This document shows, in pieces, positions 19,419 through 28,277 of a stretch of DNA of 64,000 nucleotides. The first letter of the stretch is position 1. Each line of letters opens with the position of its first letter. This DNA is from Candidatus Omnitrophota bacterium. Its GTDB lineage: Bacteria; Omnitrophota; Gorgyraeia; Zapsychrales; Fredricksoniimonadaceae. Under the pieces are notes generated by a model. The model was not told the DNA's origin and ran no database searches. It worked only from the letters and a program-made list of their open reading frames with translations. Where the stretch lies: contig CAIVRE010000009.1 of NCBI GenBank assembly GCA_903908245.1, positions 677 to 64,676 on the forward strand, in the 5' to 3' direction. The translations under genes and the position numbers were made by a program.

Positions 19419-22400
19419 GGTGTCTCCTGTTGGCAAATGCCCGACAGGCACCGCACTACCAGCCGAAGACAACAAACTATCAGGGACTTGATAATCAGAC
19501 CGCAAAAGACCCATTGCTTTAAACACATCACAATAAAAACCAACATCCTTATCTGACATGCCGTCAAACATAAAATTCCTTCTTCCCGACCCATAGCCCT
19601 GGAACAACCAAGCCATCACCTCTTTACCCAACCGCTCATCAGACCCGATGGTGCGATTACTGAGAATATCGGCAAGAACATCCCCGTATGTCCCGCTGAT
19701 CCTGTTCTTTAATACCTCCCATTTACCTGCACTCTGAAGTCGTTGTAGCATGTTAAGAACGATTTCCGGGGACTTTTGCTGATAAGCATGCAATAACTCA
19801 TGCAGGATCGACGCCTTTGTCTCTTGTCGAATATATTCTGCAGCGACACGATACGGATCCCTGTTCATCGAACGCGCCTCGAGAGCGATCTTGTCAACAA
19901 CATCGCCCCTCTTATTGATCAACGCAGCGCCTATGGCCATATTCAACATCTGTTCTTTGCTTTTGAAAATAGGGCGGAAACAAATCCCCGTCGCAGGATC
20001 AAAGAAAAAGAACGGGGTTGCGCTCATGTTCAATTGCATGAATGCCCCGCCATTCCCGACAAACGGCGCTTTCTGAAAACTCTCAGGATCTTTGATATTG
20101 ATGCCCAACTTCTCCAACAGATCCCCGAGCACAGGATTGGCAAGCGCCTCTCCACGGGCCTGACGAAGATATTCCTCCTGCCCCTTCTCGCCGAACACAT
20201 CCAAATGCCCTTCAGGGATCTTGTCATTACTGGCAATATAACCGGTCAAGCCATTGCCTTTACTTGCAGGAACTTTTATTGAATTTCCATTAAGTCCATC
20301 GAGAACAGATAAGACGCTCCCCAATTCTTTTGTGATACCCGGGCCCAATTCTCCTCTGTTGTTCGGTGCAAGCGGCGCTCCATCCCGACTAAAAGAACCG
20401 ATCCCCGCAGACTCTCCGGTCCAGCTCACCGCCACTGGCGATCCAAATGCAAGATAATTCTGCAGTCCCGTCATCCCTATAAAAGCCGTACCTTGAGGAG
20501 CCGCCTTCAAACGCTCTCTCAGACCATTCACGGCCGATTTATACTCTTCAATTGTTTGTTGGGCCTCCTTGATCTGCGCATTAATGAACTCAATGAAAGC
20601 CCCCATTCTCGCTTGAACAACATACGGGCGTCCGTCGGGTGTTCGATCGTATTGAAACCCATTCAATAACTGTCCCGTACGTCCCAGGGCTTCCGGACTG
20701 ATCCCGGACTCTAAATAACCTTTGGCCCAATCAAGGAATTTTTGAGACTGAAGCAGATCAACACTCATACTCGACATTTGATGCAAATACCCCCTCACAT
20801 TCCCAACGGGGTCTGCGAGCTCTTCATCAAAAATAACACGCACGGACTTTCCGTTCGATGAAGTGAACCTGAACCCGCCTTGAGTGCTCATCTGCCCATT
20901 GATATCCGCCGATCTTGGCACAAGAATGACCCGCCCACCCATCCGGCGATCAACCTGAAAAGTCACCACAAAGTCACCATCAAAGATCACCCCTGAGAAA
21001 CCATTATTCAAGATCAACTTTGCCTTGTGTCCCGTATATTGAAGCATGTTATCGCCTAAAGTTGCAACAGACAGGGCCCCATCCCTATCCAACTCAACCC
21101 GGTTAAGATACTGATCCCATCCCTCGGATGCTCTGCCATTGGCCCGGAGAACTCCTTCATTAAGACCCCCCTGAAACACGACCCTGTCGCGTGCTATTTC
21201 CTGGCTCCCGGCAACAGCAGCACTTCCAGGATCTTTGGCCGCCTGGACCACCCCAGCAATGCCCGCATTGGCATTATTAAATGTGGTAAGCGTCATCGAG
21301 ACGACCAACATCCCGAGGAATGCCGCCCGCGAGAACCCCCCGGTCATTTGCGCCGGGCTTGCCGTCACATTCAACACCGGCGACATCGCGAAGTTCACTC
21401 CACCCGAGAAATACTTCCGCGGGATCATCTCGTCGGCGTAAACATCCCGTTCTTCTTTGATGTAATTGAACGCACCCTTCTTGAACGCCTCAACGTAACG
21501 ACCCCAGATCTTTTCCGACTCCTTCGGGTCATCAATGTTGACCCCCGCGACCTTTTTCTGGTCGACGTAAACCTTGCTAAGAATGCTCGCCTTCACCTTT
21601 TTCTTATACCAGGCCGCCAGGATCAGCGATTGATACACCTGGCGCAACCGCGTAAAGTTCCTGCCTTCATTGACCTCTTTCTCAAGCAAAGGAAGGACGA
21701 TCTCCCGGATAACATTCTTGGTGAGTTCCTGCGTTTCCGGCACAACACCATTGCCTGAAAGCTCTGGCGCCTTCACCACCGCATTATCCAGCGCAACATA
21801 ATCGCTCTCCAGCATGACCTTGAGCCTGCTGGCAACAACAAAAGCCTTATCCCCGTTCTCAAAGACCTCGGCCTCGGCAGGAACGATCCAGACTTTATTA
21901 AAAGTGTCCACGGGAATGTCCGTTGTGCCGTACTGCTCGGCCGCTCTGCGATAAACCTCGGCCCAGAATTTTTTGCCTGCTTCACTCTCGGGATAAATGG
22001 CGGATGCGGTCACCTGCTTGAGCAAATAGTCCTGCGCCAGAAGATCGCGCCCCATCTCGCTCCGCCCGAATTCATCAGGGATGATGCGGTCTTTCTCGTA
22101 AGGCGAAAGGTTCACCCACAGATCCGTCTCGGGAACGGTCAGGCTGGCCAGAAAATATTTGATCAACCGGTTCGATTCGTCTTTTAATTCAGCACCAGGA
22201 TACACGGAATCACCTTTATCCAGAAGGAACTCGAAGCGGAACGGATCGTCGGGATGGACCTTGATTCCTTTAAGGACAGGCGGATTAAACGTTGAGCTTA
22301 ACTCAACCCGACTACCCGGTGCCGGTAAATACAAGGCACCCTGAGCATATGCATCGGGAACGATCTGGGCAAGGACCAATAAAAAAGAAAGGGCGCTGAC

Positions 22401-22448
22401 TGCGCCCTTTCGAAGAAAGCTGTAAATGCTTCCCGTCTTATTCATCAT
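19215..22448 (-). CDS. Giant-family secreted protein, paralog C (1077 aa): N-terminal family module, hydrophobic segment, beta-rich region, HELLHxxQQ zincin-like motif, C-terminal family module
   Basis: Signal peptide (..VPDAYAQG); N module aa 37-350; HELLH encoded at 19788-19802 (checked at nucleotide level); C module aa 1010-1077. Confidence 0.9.
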   Translation of the reverse strand: MMNKTGSIYSFLRKGAVSALSFLLVLAQIVPDAYAQGALYLPAPGSRVELSSTFNPPVLKGIKVHPDDPFRFEFLLDKGDSVYPGAELKDESNRLIKYFLASLTVPETDLWVNLSPYEKDRIIPDEFGRSEMGRDLLAQDYLLKQVTASAIYPESEAGKKFWAEVYRRAAEQYGTTDIPVDTFNKVWIVPAEAEVFENGDKAFVVASRLKVMLESDYVALDNAVVKAPELSGNGVVPETQELTKNVIREIVLPLLEKEVNEGRNFTRLRQVYQSLILAAWYKKKVKASILSKVYVDQKKVAGVNIDDPKESEKIWGRYVEAFKKGAFNYIKEERDVYADEMIPRKYFSGGVNFAMSPVLNVTASPAQMTGGFSRAAFLGMLVVSMTLTTFNNANAGIAGVVQAAKDPGSAAVAGSQEIARDRVVFQGGLNEGVLRANGRASEGWDQYLNRVELDRDGALSVATLGDNMLQYTGHKAKLILNNGFSGVIFDGDFVVTFQVDRRMGGRVILVPRSADINGQMSTQGGFRFTSSNGKSVRVIFDEELADPVGNVRGYLHQMSSMSVDLLQSQKFLDWAKGYLESGISPEALGRTGQLLNGFQYDRTPDGRPYVVQARMGAFIEFINAQIKEAQQTIEEYKSAVNGLRERLKAAPQGTAFIGMTGLQNYLAFGSPVAVSWTGESAGIGSFSRDGAPLAPNNRGELGPGITKELGSVLSVLDGLNGNSIKVPASKGNGLTGYIASNDKIPEGHLDVFGEKGQEEYLRQARGEALANPVLGDLLEKLGINIKDPESFQKAPFVGNGGAFMQLNMSATPFFFFDPATGICFRPIFKSKEQMLNMAIGAALINKRGDVVDKIALEARSMNRDPYRVAAEYIRQETKASILHELLHAYQQKSPEIVLNMLQRLQSAGKWEVLKNRISGTYGDVLADILSNRTIGSDERLGKEVMAWLFQGYGSGRRNFMFDGMSDKDVGFYCDVFKAMGLLRSDYQVPDSLLSSAGSAVPVGHLPTGDTKGGIDLNADKLGLVVRNQGGEITFNIDPVMLQRLQDAEGFSPVIMSILPAESLQQFLGIQPNAAGGL
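21398..22337 (-). other. Conserved N-terminal family module of paralog C
   Basis: See paralog B; near-identical motif set. Confidence 0.85.
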
Positions 22449-22765
22449 TTCCAGTGCCTTTACTCTGCCCCTTATTGACGACCCTCACCTGTTAAAATAT
22501 AACACTATTAAAAGGTAAAGATAAGGGCACGGGCCTTAAACCAGGAAAACGTTTTCTCCGCCGGTCCGAGATAAATCTTAAACACGCGTTAGACAGTAAG
22601 GATAAGACAAAAAAGCAAGCTCCGGTTGTCCGGTAAACCCCACAAGTCGAGCTGCCTTCCATGCGGTCCCATCCGGCCCGGTTATAACGGAATTTGCCGC
22701 CAAAATTACAGGCACTGATGCCAAGGCTTATGCTTTAAGGACACAATCCATATGAACTCTCCGGC
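22449..22765 (-). promoter_or_regulatory. Long (316 nt) non-coding leader/promoter region upstream of giant paralog C
   Basis: No ORF of 60 aa or more; contains short GC hairpins (e.g. tccggttgtccgg). The aaggggca element immediately upstream of the ATG is shared with paralog B. Confidence 0.35.
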
Positions 22766-23272
22766 TTATAGCTTTCTGCTGTCGTAAGCCCAGTGAAGAA
22801 CAGCCTGACGATGCCTTGGACGACAGGACATATCGCCTTTAGCACAGTACTTCTTGATCTGGGAAATATGCCTGACCATGGCCTTCCAGCGCCTGATCTG
22901 CCGCTGATCCTCTTCCGGCAAACGCCGGCCCATATAGTACCGGCAATACCACTGGAACCATCCCCGCGGGTCTTCCGGATAGATCCATAATTTCTTTTGC
23001 CAATACGATAAAGGGTTACTGGCGTTCACCCCAAAACAATTCAGATCCGGATCATGCTTCTCAGGACAAAGTTTTGCTTTCTTGAACCAGCTCGCTGGGA
23101 ATTCATTCCGGCAATCGGTCATGTATTTTCCGCCAAAGACACCCAGCTCTAACATTTGTTTTGGCGTCAGCTCTGGCTTAAATCCCTTATCAAAATTCCG
23201 GCCCATGAGTTCCGAGATAATATATCGATAATCCCGCTGCATCTTATCATTAACAATGATCGTTCTTTTCAT
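22766..23272 (-). CDS. Conserved hypothetical protein (Cys/Trp-rich, 168 aa)
   Basis: Clean ORF in the operon-like minus-strand series; no recognisable motif. Confidence 0.5.
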   Translation of the reverse strand: MKRTIIVNDKMQRDYRYIISELMGRNFDKGFKPELTPKQMLELGVFGGKYMTDCRNEFPASWFKKAKLCPEKHDPDLNCFGVNASNPLSYWQKKLWIYPEDPRGWFQWYCRYYMGRRLPEEDQRQIRRWKAMVRHISQIKKYCAKGDMSCRPRHRQAVLHWAYDSRKL

Positions 23273-23448
23273 TAAAAAACACCCTTGAATATGTGAACTA
23301 AGACATCTTTCATAAACGGCGGCTGAAAACTAAAACCTCCGTCCAATAACTTCTTGGAACAACACGCTGACCAGCCAAAACAACATCGGCTACCTTTGAT
23401 CCGCCCTGACAAATACCAGTTTTAGTTATGCTTCCGAAACGTCAAAAA

Positions 23449-24006
23449 CTATTTGCAAGGCAGAGCCTTTTCGATCGCAGACACCAGCGCTGGATCGAGC
23501 GGGATGACACCGCTGTCAAAGCGGGCAACCACTTGGCCGTTACCATCAATAAGGAACTTGTTGAAGTTCCAGGTCACGGGCCCCTTAAAGGGTGGATCCT
23601 CCGTCAAATACCTGAACAAAGGATCGATGTCCGCGCCCTTGACGCTTGTTTTCGCGAACAAGGGAAAAGTGGTCTTGTACTTAAGCTCACAAAAATTCTT
23701 GATCTCCTCATTGCCTCCCGGTTCCTGCCCCATGAAATTATTGGCCGGAAATGCAAGAACAACGAAACCGCGATCCTTGTAACGCAAGTACAATTCCTCC
23801 AGCCCTTTATACTGCGGGGTAAACCCGCAGCGGGAAGCTGTGTTAACGACCAGAACAACCTTCCCCTTGTAATCCGCCAGGGACTCTGTCTCTCCATTGA
23901 TTTTCTGCATACTGAACGAATAAATATTCATGGGCGCCTCCTCTGCATAGGCCGGATCCGCAATTACTATTGATAATAAAATTAAAGAAAATGTAATGAC
24001 TCTCAT
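23449..24006 (-). CDS. gpx: Glutathione peroxidase (Cys-type) with signal peptide
   Basis: 185 aa; VVLVVNTASRCGFT and LAFPANNFMGQEPG motifs, WNFNKFL. Confidence 0.9.
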   Translation of the reverse strand: MRVITFSLILLSIVIADPAYAEEAPMNIYSFSMQKINGETESLADYKGKVVLVVNTASRCGFTPQYKGLEELYLRYKDRGFVVLAFPANNFMGQEPGGNEEIKNFCELKYKTTFPLFAKTSVKGADIDPLFRYLTEDPPFKGPVTWNFNKFLIDGNGQVVARFDSGVIPLDPALVSAIEKALPCK

Positions 24007-24053
24007 TATTCCCTTTCTAAAAGTAAAACCGATCTAAGAGAGGTACCCTTTCG

Positions 24054-24707
24054 CTAATTGTCAACAGCCACGCCGGTCACGAACAGCACTGCATACTCTT
24101 GCTTGTTGCAGCCCTTAACTGAAGGCATAAGGACTTCTGGAGCAACCGGGAATATCGTACTTTGAACCATGGTCGGCAAACACGGATCATCACTTTTAGC
24201 CGGTGTGTAGCGCGCCGCGTGGCATGCGAGGTGCGTCACATCATAAAGCTTCGCGCCTCTATCAAGTTCCCAATGCTCCACGCCATCCTTATCCATAGAA
24301 TGAATAGTCAGTAAAGCGGTGACTTCCCGACCGCCTGTAACGACGTATTTGCCGGGAGGAAGCGGAAAGATCGGTTTTTCCATGATCAAGCCGTGTTCCT
24401 CCAGCCACCAATCCTTATCATCATATTTCCACTGTGCTGAAGCGATCCCGCCTGAAGCCTTTAACTTTTCGTAATCTTTCAGCATACATCCCCGAGGGCC
24501 AGGGTCTTGATGCCACAGACCCCAGAATTGGGCATTGCTTCCGGAGTTTGCGGCCGGATCACCCAGCGCCACGATGTACTCCATTGGAATGTGCTTGAAG
24601 ACCGTCTGAGCTCCACTCTCAGCTCGAGCCGAATATGCCCCGGCGAGCATTATAATGATCAAACACACGACCAAGAGCACGAAACGTAAGCAGCTGAACA
24701 TTCTCAT
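24054..24707 (-). CDS. Secreted hypothetical protein (ORF extends to 24749; start more likely at internal MRMFSCLRF... signal peptide)
   Basis: 231/217 aa; hydrophobic signal peptide followed by AYSARA; no recognised domain. Confidence 0.5.
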   Translation of the reverse strand: MRMFSCLRFVLLVVCLIIIMLAGAYSARAESGAQTVFKHIPMEYIVALGDPAANSGSNAQFWGLWHQDPGPRGCMLKDYEKLKASGGIASAQWKYDDKDWWLEEHGLIMEKPIFPLPPGKYVVTGGREVTALLTIHSMDKDGVEHWELDRGAKLYDVTHLACHAARYTPAKSDDPCLPTMVQSTIFPVAPEVLMPSVKGCNKQEYAVLFVTGVAVDN

Positions 24708-24727
24708 AAAAATACCCTCATCCAATT

Positions 24728-24826
24728 CTACGCACAGACCCAACCACAATCATCGGGCTCTGTCGAAGTGGGCAGCGCAGGCACATTGATGACAGCTGTT
24801 TTAGGTTTACGCGCATACTTTTTCAT
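24728..24826 (-). CDS. Small ORF (32 aa, MKKYARKPKTAVINVPALPTSTEPDDCGWVCA) with strong Shine-Dalgarno
   Basis: Manual translation; GGGGGGTGA lies 5 nt upstream of the ATG; it sits immediately upstream of the secreted hypothetical protein and downstream of the terminator at 24903-24940. Confidence 0.3.
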   Translation of the reverse strand: MKKYARKPKTAVINVPALPTSTEPDDCGWVCA

Positions 24827-24902
24827 ATAAATCACCCCCCTAAATTATGTCGAAACCAATAAAGGGTTCTTACATTATATTCAAACAAAGAAATGACATG
24901 CT

Positions 24903-24940
24903 TAATAAAAAACCTTCGGACTTTTTGATCATCCGAAGGT
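24903..24940 (-). terminator. Rho-independent terminator ending the moxR...S4 operon
   Basis: On the minus strand: accttcgga-(11 nt loop)-tccgaaggt hairpin followed by tttttatta; 44 nt downstream of the S4 gene stop. Confidence 0.7.
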
Positions 24941-24983
24941 CTTAAACAGGACCGAACCTCTAGCCTCTCAACTGCTTCCCCTT

Positions 24984-25379
24984 TTACAAACCCAACACAC
25001 GCTCTATTTCCCTGCGCTCTTTTTTTGTCGGGCGGCCTTCCCCTTTAGCGCGACGCGGCACCCATCCGCCCCGAATGAGTACAAGTTTATTCTTTTCCTC
25101 CTCGGGTGTTATATCCTCACAACAATCTTTTGCAACCTGAGCACCTACACGCTTATCGATGCATTTCAAAACCCGATACTGCCAGCAAACCCCCTCTTTG
25201 CGGACAACAATGACCTGCCCTACCATGACATCCCGTGAGGGCTTAACTTGCTGCCCATTAATACTGACCTTATGCCTTTTGCACAGATCCGTTGCCATTA
25301 ACCGCGTCTTACAGATCCGCACAGACCATAACCATTTGTCGATACGAACAACAACTGGAATAAGAGAGGTCGCGATCAA
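24984..25379 (-). CDS. S4-domain RNA-binding protein (Hsp15/YlmH-like)
   Basis: IDKWLWSVRICKTR..A..L....V.ING..VKPSRDV..G S4 signature; start may lie a few codons inside the ORF. Confidence 0.7.
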   Translation of the reverse strand: MIATSLIPVVVRIDKWLWSVRICKTRLMATDLCKRHKVSINGQQVKPSRDVMVGQVIVVRKEGVCWQYRVLKCIDKRVGAQVAKDCCEDITPEEEKNKLVLIRGGWVPRRAKGEGRPTKKERREIERVLGL

Positions 25380-26188
25380 TAAACCTCAGGGACAAAATGC
25401 TGGCTGTCGATCGGCGGACGCTTATATCCTTCTTTTCTCTGGCGTGGCGGCATCTTGATCGGCTGAGGGGTAAGATCCTTATACGAGATCAGTGTAAGCA
25501 GATGATGGATACAATTTAGACGCGCCCTCTTCTTGTCATCCGCATTCACCACATTCCAGCGGGCCTCTTTAATATCCGTACTTTTCATCATGACATCCTT
25601 GGCCTTGGAATAATCGACCCATTTGGAACGCGACTGAAGGTCCATCGGCGAAAGCTTCCAGCGGCGGACCGGATCCGTCATTCGGCTCTGAAACCGTTTC
25701 TCCTGCTCGTCATCGCTCACCGAGAACCAGTATTTCACAAGGATGATCCCGGAACGAATGATCATCCGCTCAAACTCCGGACAAGAGAACAAAAACTCTT
25801 TGTATTCCTCTTTGGTACAAAAACCCATCACATGCTCAACACCCGCACGGTTGTACCAGCTGCGGTCAAAGAGCACCATTTCCCCGGCGCAGGGCAACTG
25901 CGCCACATACCGCTGAAAATACCACTGGGCCTTCTCCTTCTCGGTAGGGGTCGCAAGGGCCACAACCCGGCAAACACGCGGATTTAAGTTTTGGGTAATA
26001 CGCTTGATAACCCCCCCTTTTCCGGCCGCATCCCGTCCTTCAAAAATAACAACAACCTTCAAGCCCTTGGCCTTGATCCATTCCTGCAGCTTCACCAACT
26101 CACGCTGCATTCGCGCCAGCTCTTTCTCGTAAAACTTATTCTTTAACTTCTTGCCCTTGTGGTCTTTCTTGTCCTTTTCATCTTTCAT
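25376..26188 (-). CDS. ppk2: Polyphosphate kinase 2 (PPK2 family)
   Basis: 270 aa; FEGRDAAGKGG Walker A, LFDRSWYNRAGVE, KFWFSVSDDEQ..RF PPK2 motifs. Confidence 0.9.
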   Translation of the reverse strand: MKDEKDKKDHKGKKLKNKFYEKELARMQRELVKLQEWIKAKGLKVVVIFEGRDAAGKGGVIKRITQNLNPRVCRVVALATPTEKEKAQWYFQRYVAQLPCAGEMVLFDRSWYNRAGVEHVMGFCTKEEYKEFLFSCPEFERMIIRSGIILVKYWFSVSDDEQEKRFQSRMTDPVRRWKLSPMDLQSRSKWVDYSKAKDVMMKSTDIKEARWNVVNADDKKRARLNCIHHLLTLISYKDLTPQPIKMPPRQRKEGYKRPPIDSQHFVPEVY

Positions 26189-26206
26189 AGCCCCTCCAGT
26201 GGAGAA

Positions 26207-26668
26207 TCAGCCTGTTCCTAAACGGATCTTGAAGACCAGTTTCTTGACTTCGCAATGGCCTTCATCCGGTGAGCACAAAGGGCGGTGAGCCTCGCCAGGA
26301 AAAAATACGGCAAACTCACCCGCACGGATCAGATTTCGGGTTATATCTTTTTCGGCCTTAAAGAACTGGCAATCCGTTTTCGGGTCATATTCCGTCAAAG
26401 GCGCCAACGCATCCTCCGGGGCCGTCTCCATCACTTCCCGGCCCTGAACAACATACTGCAGATCCATATACTCACGGTGCGTTTCAAACTTGCCATCTTT
26501 GGGATCCCTGGTAGGGCCTTGCGATGCCCGCAGGAAAAGCTCACGGCCTTTGATCTCAAGCTCCGGCGCAAATGGGCCGGCGATATCCGCCGCCGCAAGA
26601 AAGCGTGCGATCTCTTTCCTGGATGAAATATTATACCGCCCCAAATTCTTGATATTATCGATGATCAC
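26207..26668 (-). CDS. YhcH/YjgK/YiaL (DUF386) cupin-like protein
   Basis: 153 aa; HREYMDLQYVVQGRE...FAVFFPGEAHRP pattern. Confidence 0.65.
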   Translation of the reverse strand: MIIDNIKNLGRYNISSRKEIARFLAAADIAGPFAPELEIKGRELFLRASQGPTRDPKDGKFETHREYMDLQYVVQGREVMETAPEDALAPLTEYDPKTDCQFFKAEKDITRNLIRAGEFAVFFPGEAHRPLCSPDEGHCEVKKLVFKIRLGTG

Positions 26669-26682
26669 AAAAACTTCTCCTC

Positions 26683-27537
26683 TCAGCTTTTTCTTGTAAG
26701 ACGCTGCCTGAAAAACGGAAGGTTCCTTTCAGAAGAGAGAAAATAATAATCTTTCAACTTCCACGGAGCCTCGCCACGCTCAAAGGCCGCAGTATCAAGG
26801 AACTCGAGAGGCTTCCCGTCGGAGAAAGCATACAGGTTCAACCCCGCCTTCAGGAATATCGGCCAGGACCCCGCCAGGTCCCAGAAATGGACCTTGGCCA
26901 GCGAACCACAGCCACGGCCGATAGCGGGCCAGCAGAATTCACAGACCGCGGCCGCAAGAATGATCACCCGGCAATCCGTTTCTTTCCATTCAAACTTCGA
27001 AAGGATATCATCTGTCGCAATAAAGACGGAACGATTCGAAAGCTCTTCATCCACCGGAACAATCTTTGTTTTGACTTGCGCTGGCGTGAACGCATCTTTA
27101 ACAAAATACGCCGCGTCACCGTCACAATAAAATAATTCATTCAATGATGGAAAAAAGACCATGCCCAGCCAGGGGCGGCGCTCCTTCATCAGGCCGATGG
27201 AAATACCATAATACGGGATACGATTGGCATAAGCACGCGTGGCATCGATGGGATCAAGCGACCAGACAAATGGATGGGCATCAAGGAATGCATCATCCAG
27301 ATATTCACCGCGACGGGGATCTTCCTCATCAATAAGGACATGACGGCCGGACTTGATGAACGGGGATAATTTCCTGGCAGCCAAAGCAGAGATCTTAAGG
27401 TCAGTCTCGGTAATGACCGAGTTGTCAGGCTTTAACGATGAACGATTGCCATTGATAAGGCTTAAGGCAATGCCGCCACCTTCTTGCACCAGCTCGAACA
27501 TCACCTTCAGGCAGCTCTCGGCCGAAATCTCGCTCAT
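26683..27537 (-). CDS. Inositol monophosphatase / CysQ family phosphatase
   Basis: 284 aa; WSLDPIDATRAYA metal-binding motif, ATDDI, WD..AG motifs. Confidence 0.75.
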   Translation of the reverse strand: MSEISAESCLKVMFELVQEGGGIALSLINGNRSSLKPDNSVITETDLKISALAARKLSPFIKSGRHVLIDEEDPRRGEYLDDAFLDAHPFVWSLDPIDATRAYANRIPYYGISIGLMKERRPWLGMVFFPSLNELFYCDGDAAYFVKDAFTPAQVKTKIVPVDEELSNRSVFIATDDILSKFEWKETDCRVIILAAAVCEFCWPAIGRGCGSLAKVHFWDLAGSWPIFLKAGLNLYAFSDGKPLEFLDTAAFERGEAPWKLKDYYFLSSERNLPFFRQRLTRKS

Positions 27538-28277
27538 ATAATGCCTGCGGTATTCTCGAGGATCCAGGCCTGACGGCCGTCCAGGCGCTGGACCTTGATC
27601 CAGCCTTCCTTATGGCGAAGGATCCTGATCTGCTCACCTTCGGGGAGCTTGAAATACACTGTCGCCTGGGTCGACGGCTCAAATCGGGCTTCCGTCTTTG
27701 TCAGGATAACCGCACGGCCCAGCATATCGAAAAAATGAACACTGAAACCAACAAGAATATACCCGGCGACCAGCAGTGATAAACCGGTCCAAAGGATCAC
27801 CCTCTTGAGCGGCAGGCTCACATAAAGGCACCACAGCCAAACCACACCTGCCAGCATAAACGAAAGAAGCGCCAGCCATTTAAATTCACCGGAAGACAAA
27901 GATGAAAATACCCCGAACCAGCGGCTGTGTGAAGAAACCGTCTTTTCCGATTCATACTGTTCAACCGCCTGACGGGCAAAAACCAGATTGGCCCGGATAT
28001 CCCCGTCACGGGGCGCAAGGCGCTCGGCACGCAGGTAATTGATCATGGACTTGCCCAGGTTCCCCGCCCTGAAATAACTATTCCCAAGATTAAAATACAC
28101 CGCGGCGCTTTCAACGCCCGCGTCTTTAAGAACCCGCTCATTAAGGCTGACAGCCGCAGGATAATCCCCGGCCTGGTATTTTTGGACAGCCTGGGCAAAA
28201 AAATCCTCCCCCTGGCCGGCGAATACCCAGGAGGCCATACCAAAGAAGAAAAGAGAAACGAGCAATTTCATCCTCAT
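27534..28277 (-). CDS. batE: BatE-like TPR + SH3b protein
   Basis: Signal peptide, TPR (YFNLGNSYFRAGNLGKSMINY), TM helices, C-terminal SH3-like KEGWIKVQRLDGRQAWI; 4-nt overlap with batD. Confidence 0.65.
   Translation of the reverse strand: MRMKLLVSLFFFGMASWVFAGQGEDFFAQAVQKYQAGDYPAAVSLNERVLKDAGVESAAVYFNLGNSYFRAGNLGKSMINYLRAERLAPRDGDIRANLVFARQAVEQYESEKTVSSHSRWFGVFSSLSSGEFKWLALLSFMLAGVVWLWCLYVSLPLKRVILWTGLSLLVAGYILVGFSVHFFDMLGRAVILTKTEARFEPSTQATVYFKLPEGEQIRILRHKEGWIKVQRLDGRQAWILENTAGII

Noticed and set aside
19788-19802. Possibility that HELLH in paralog C is a chance HExxH
   Set aside because: Not rejected outright, but kept at moderate confidence: the QQ two residues after the second His and the preceding small-hydrophobic context make chance less likely, though only profile search can settle it
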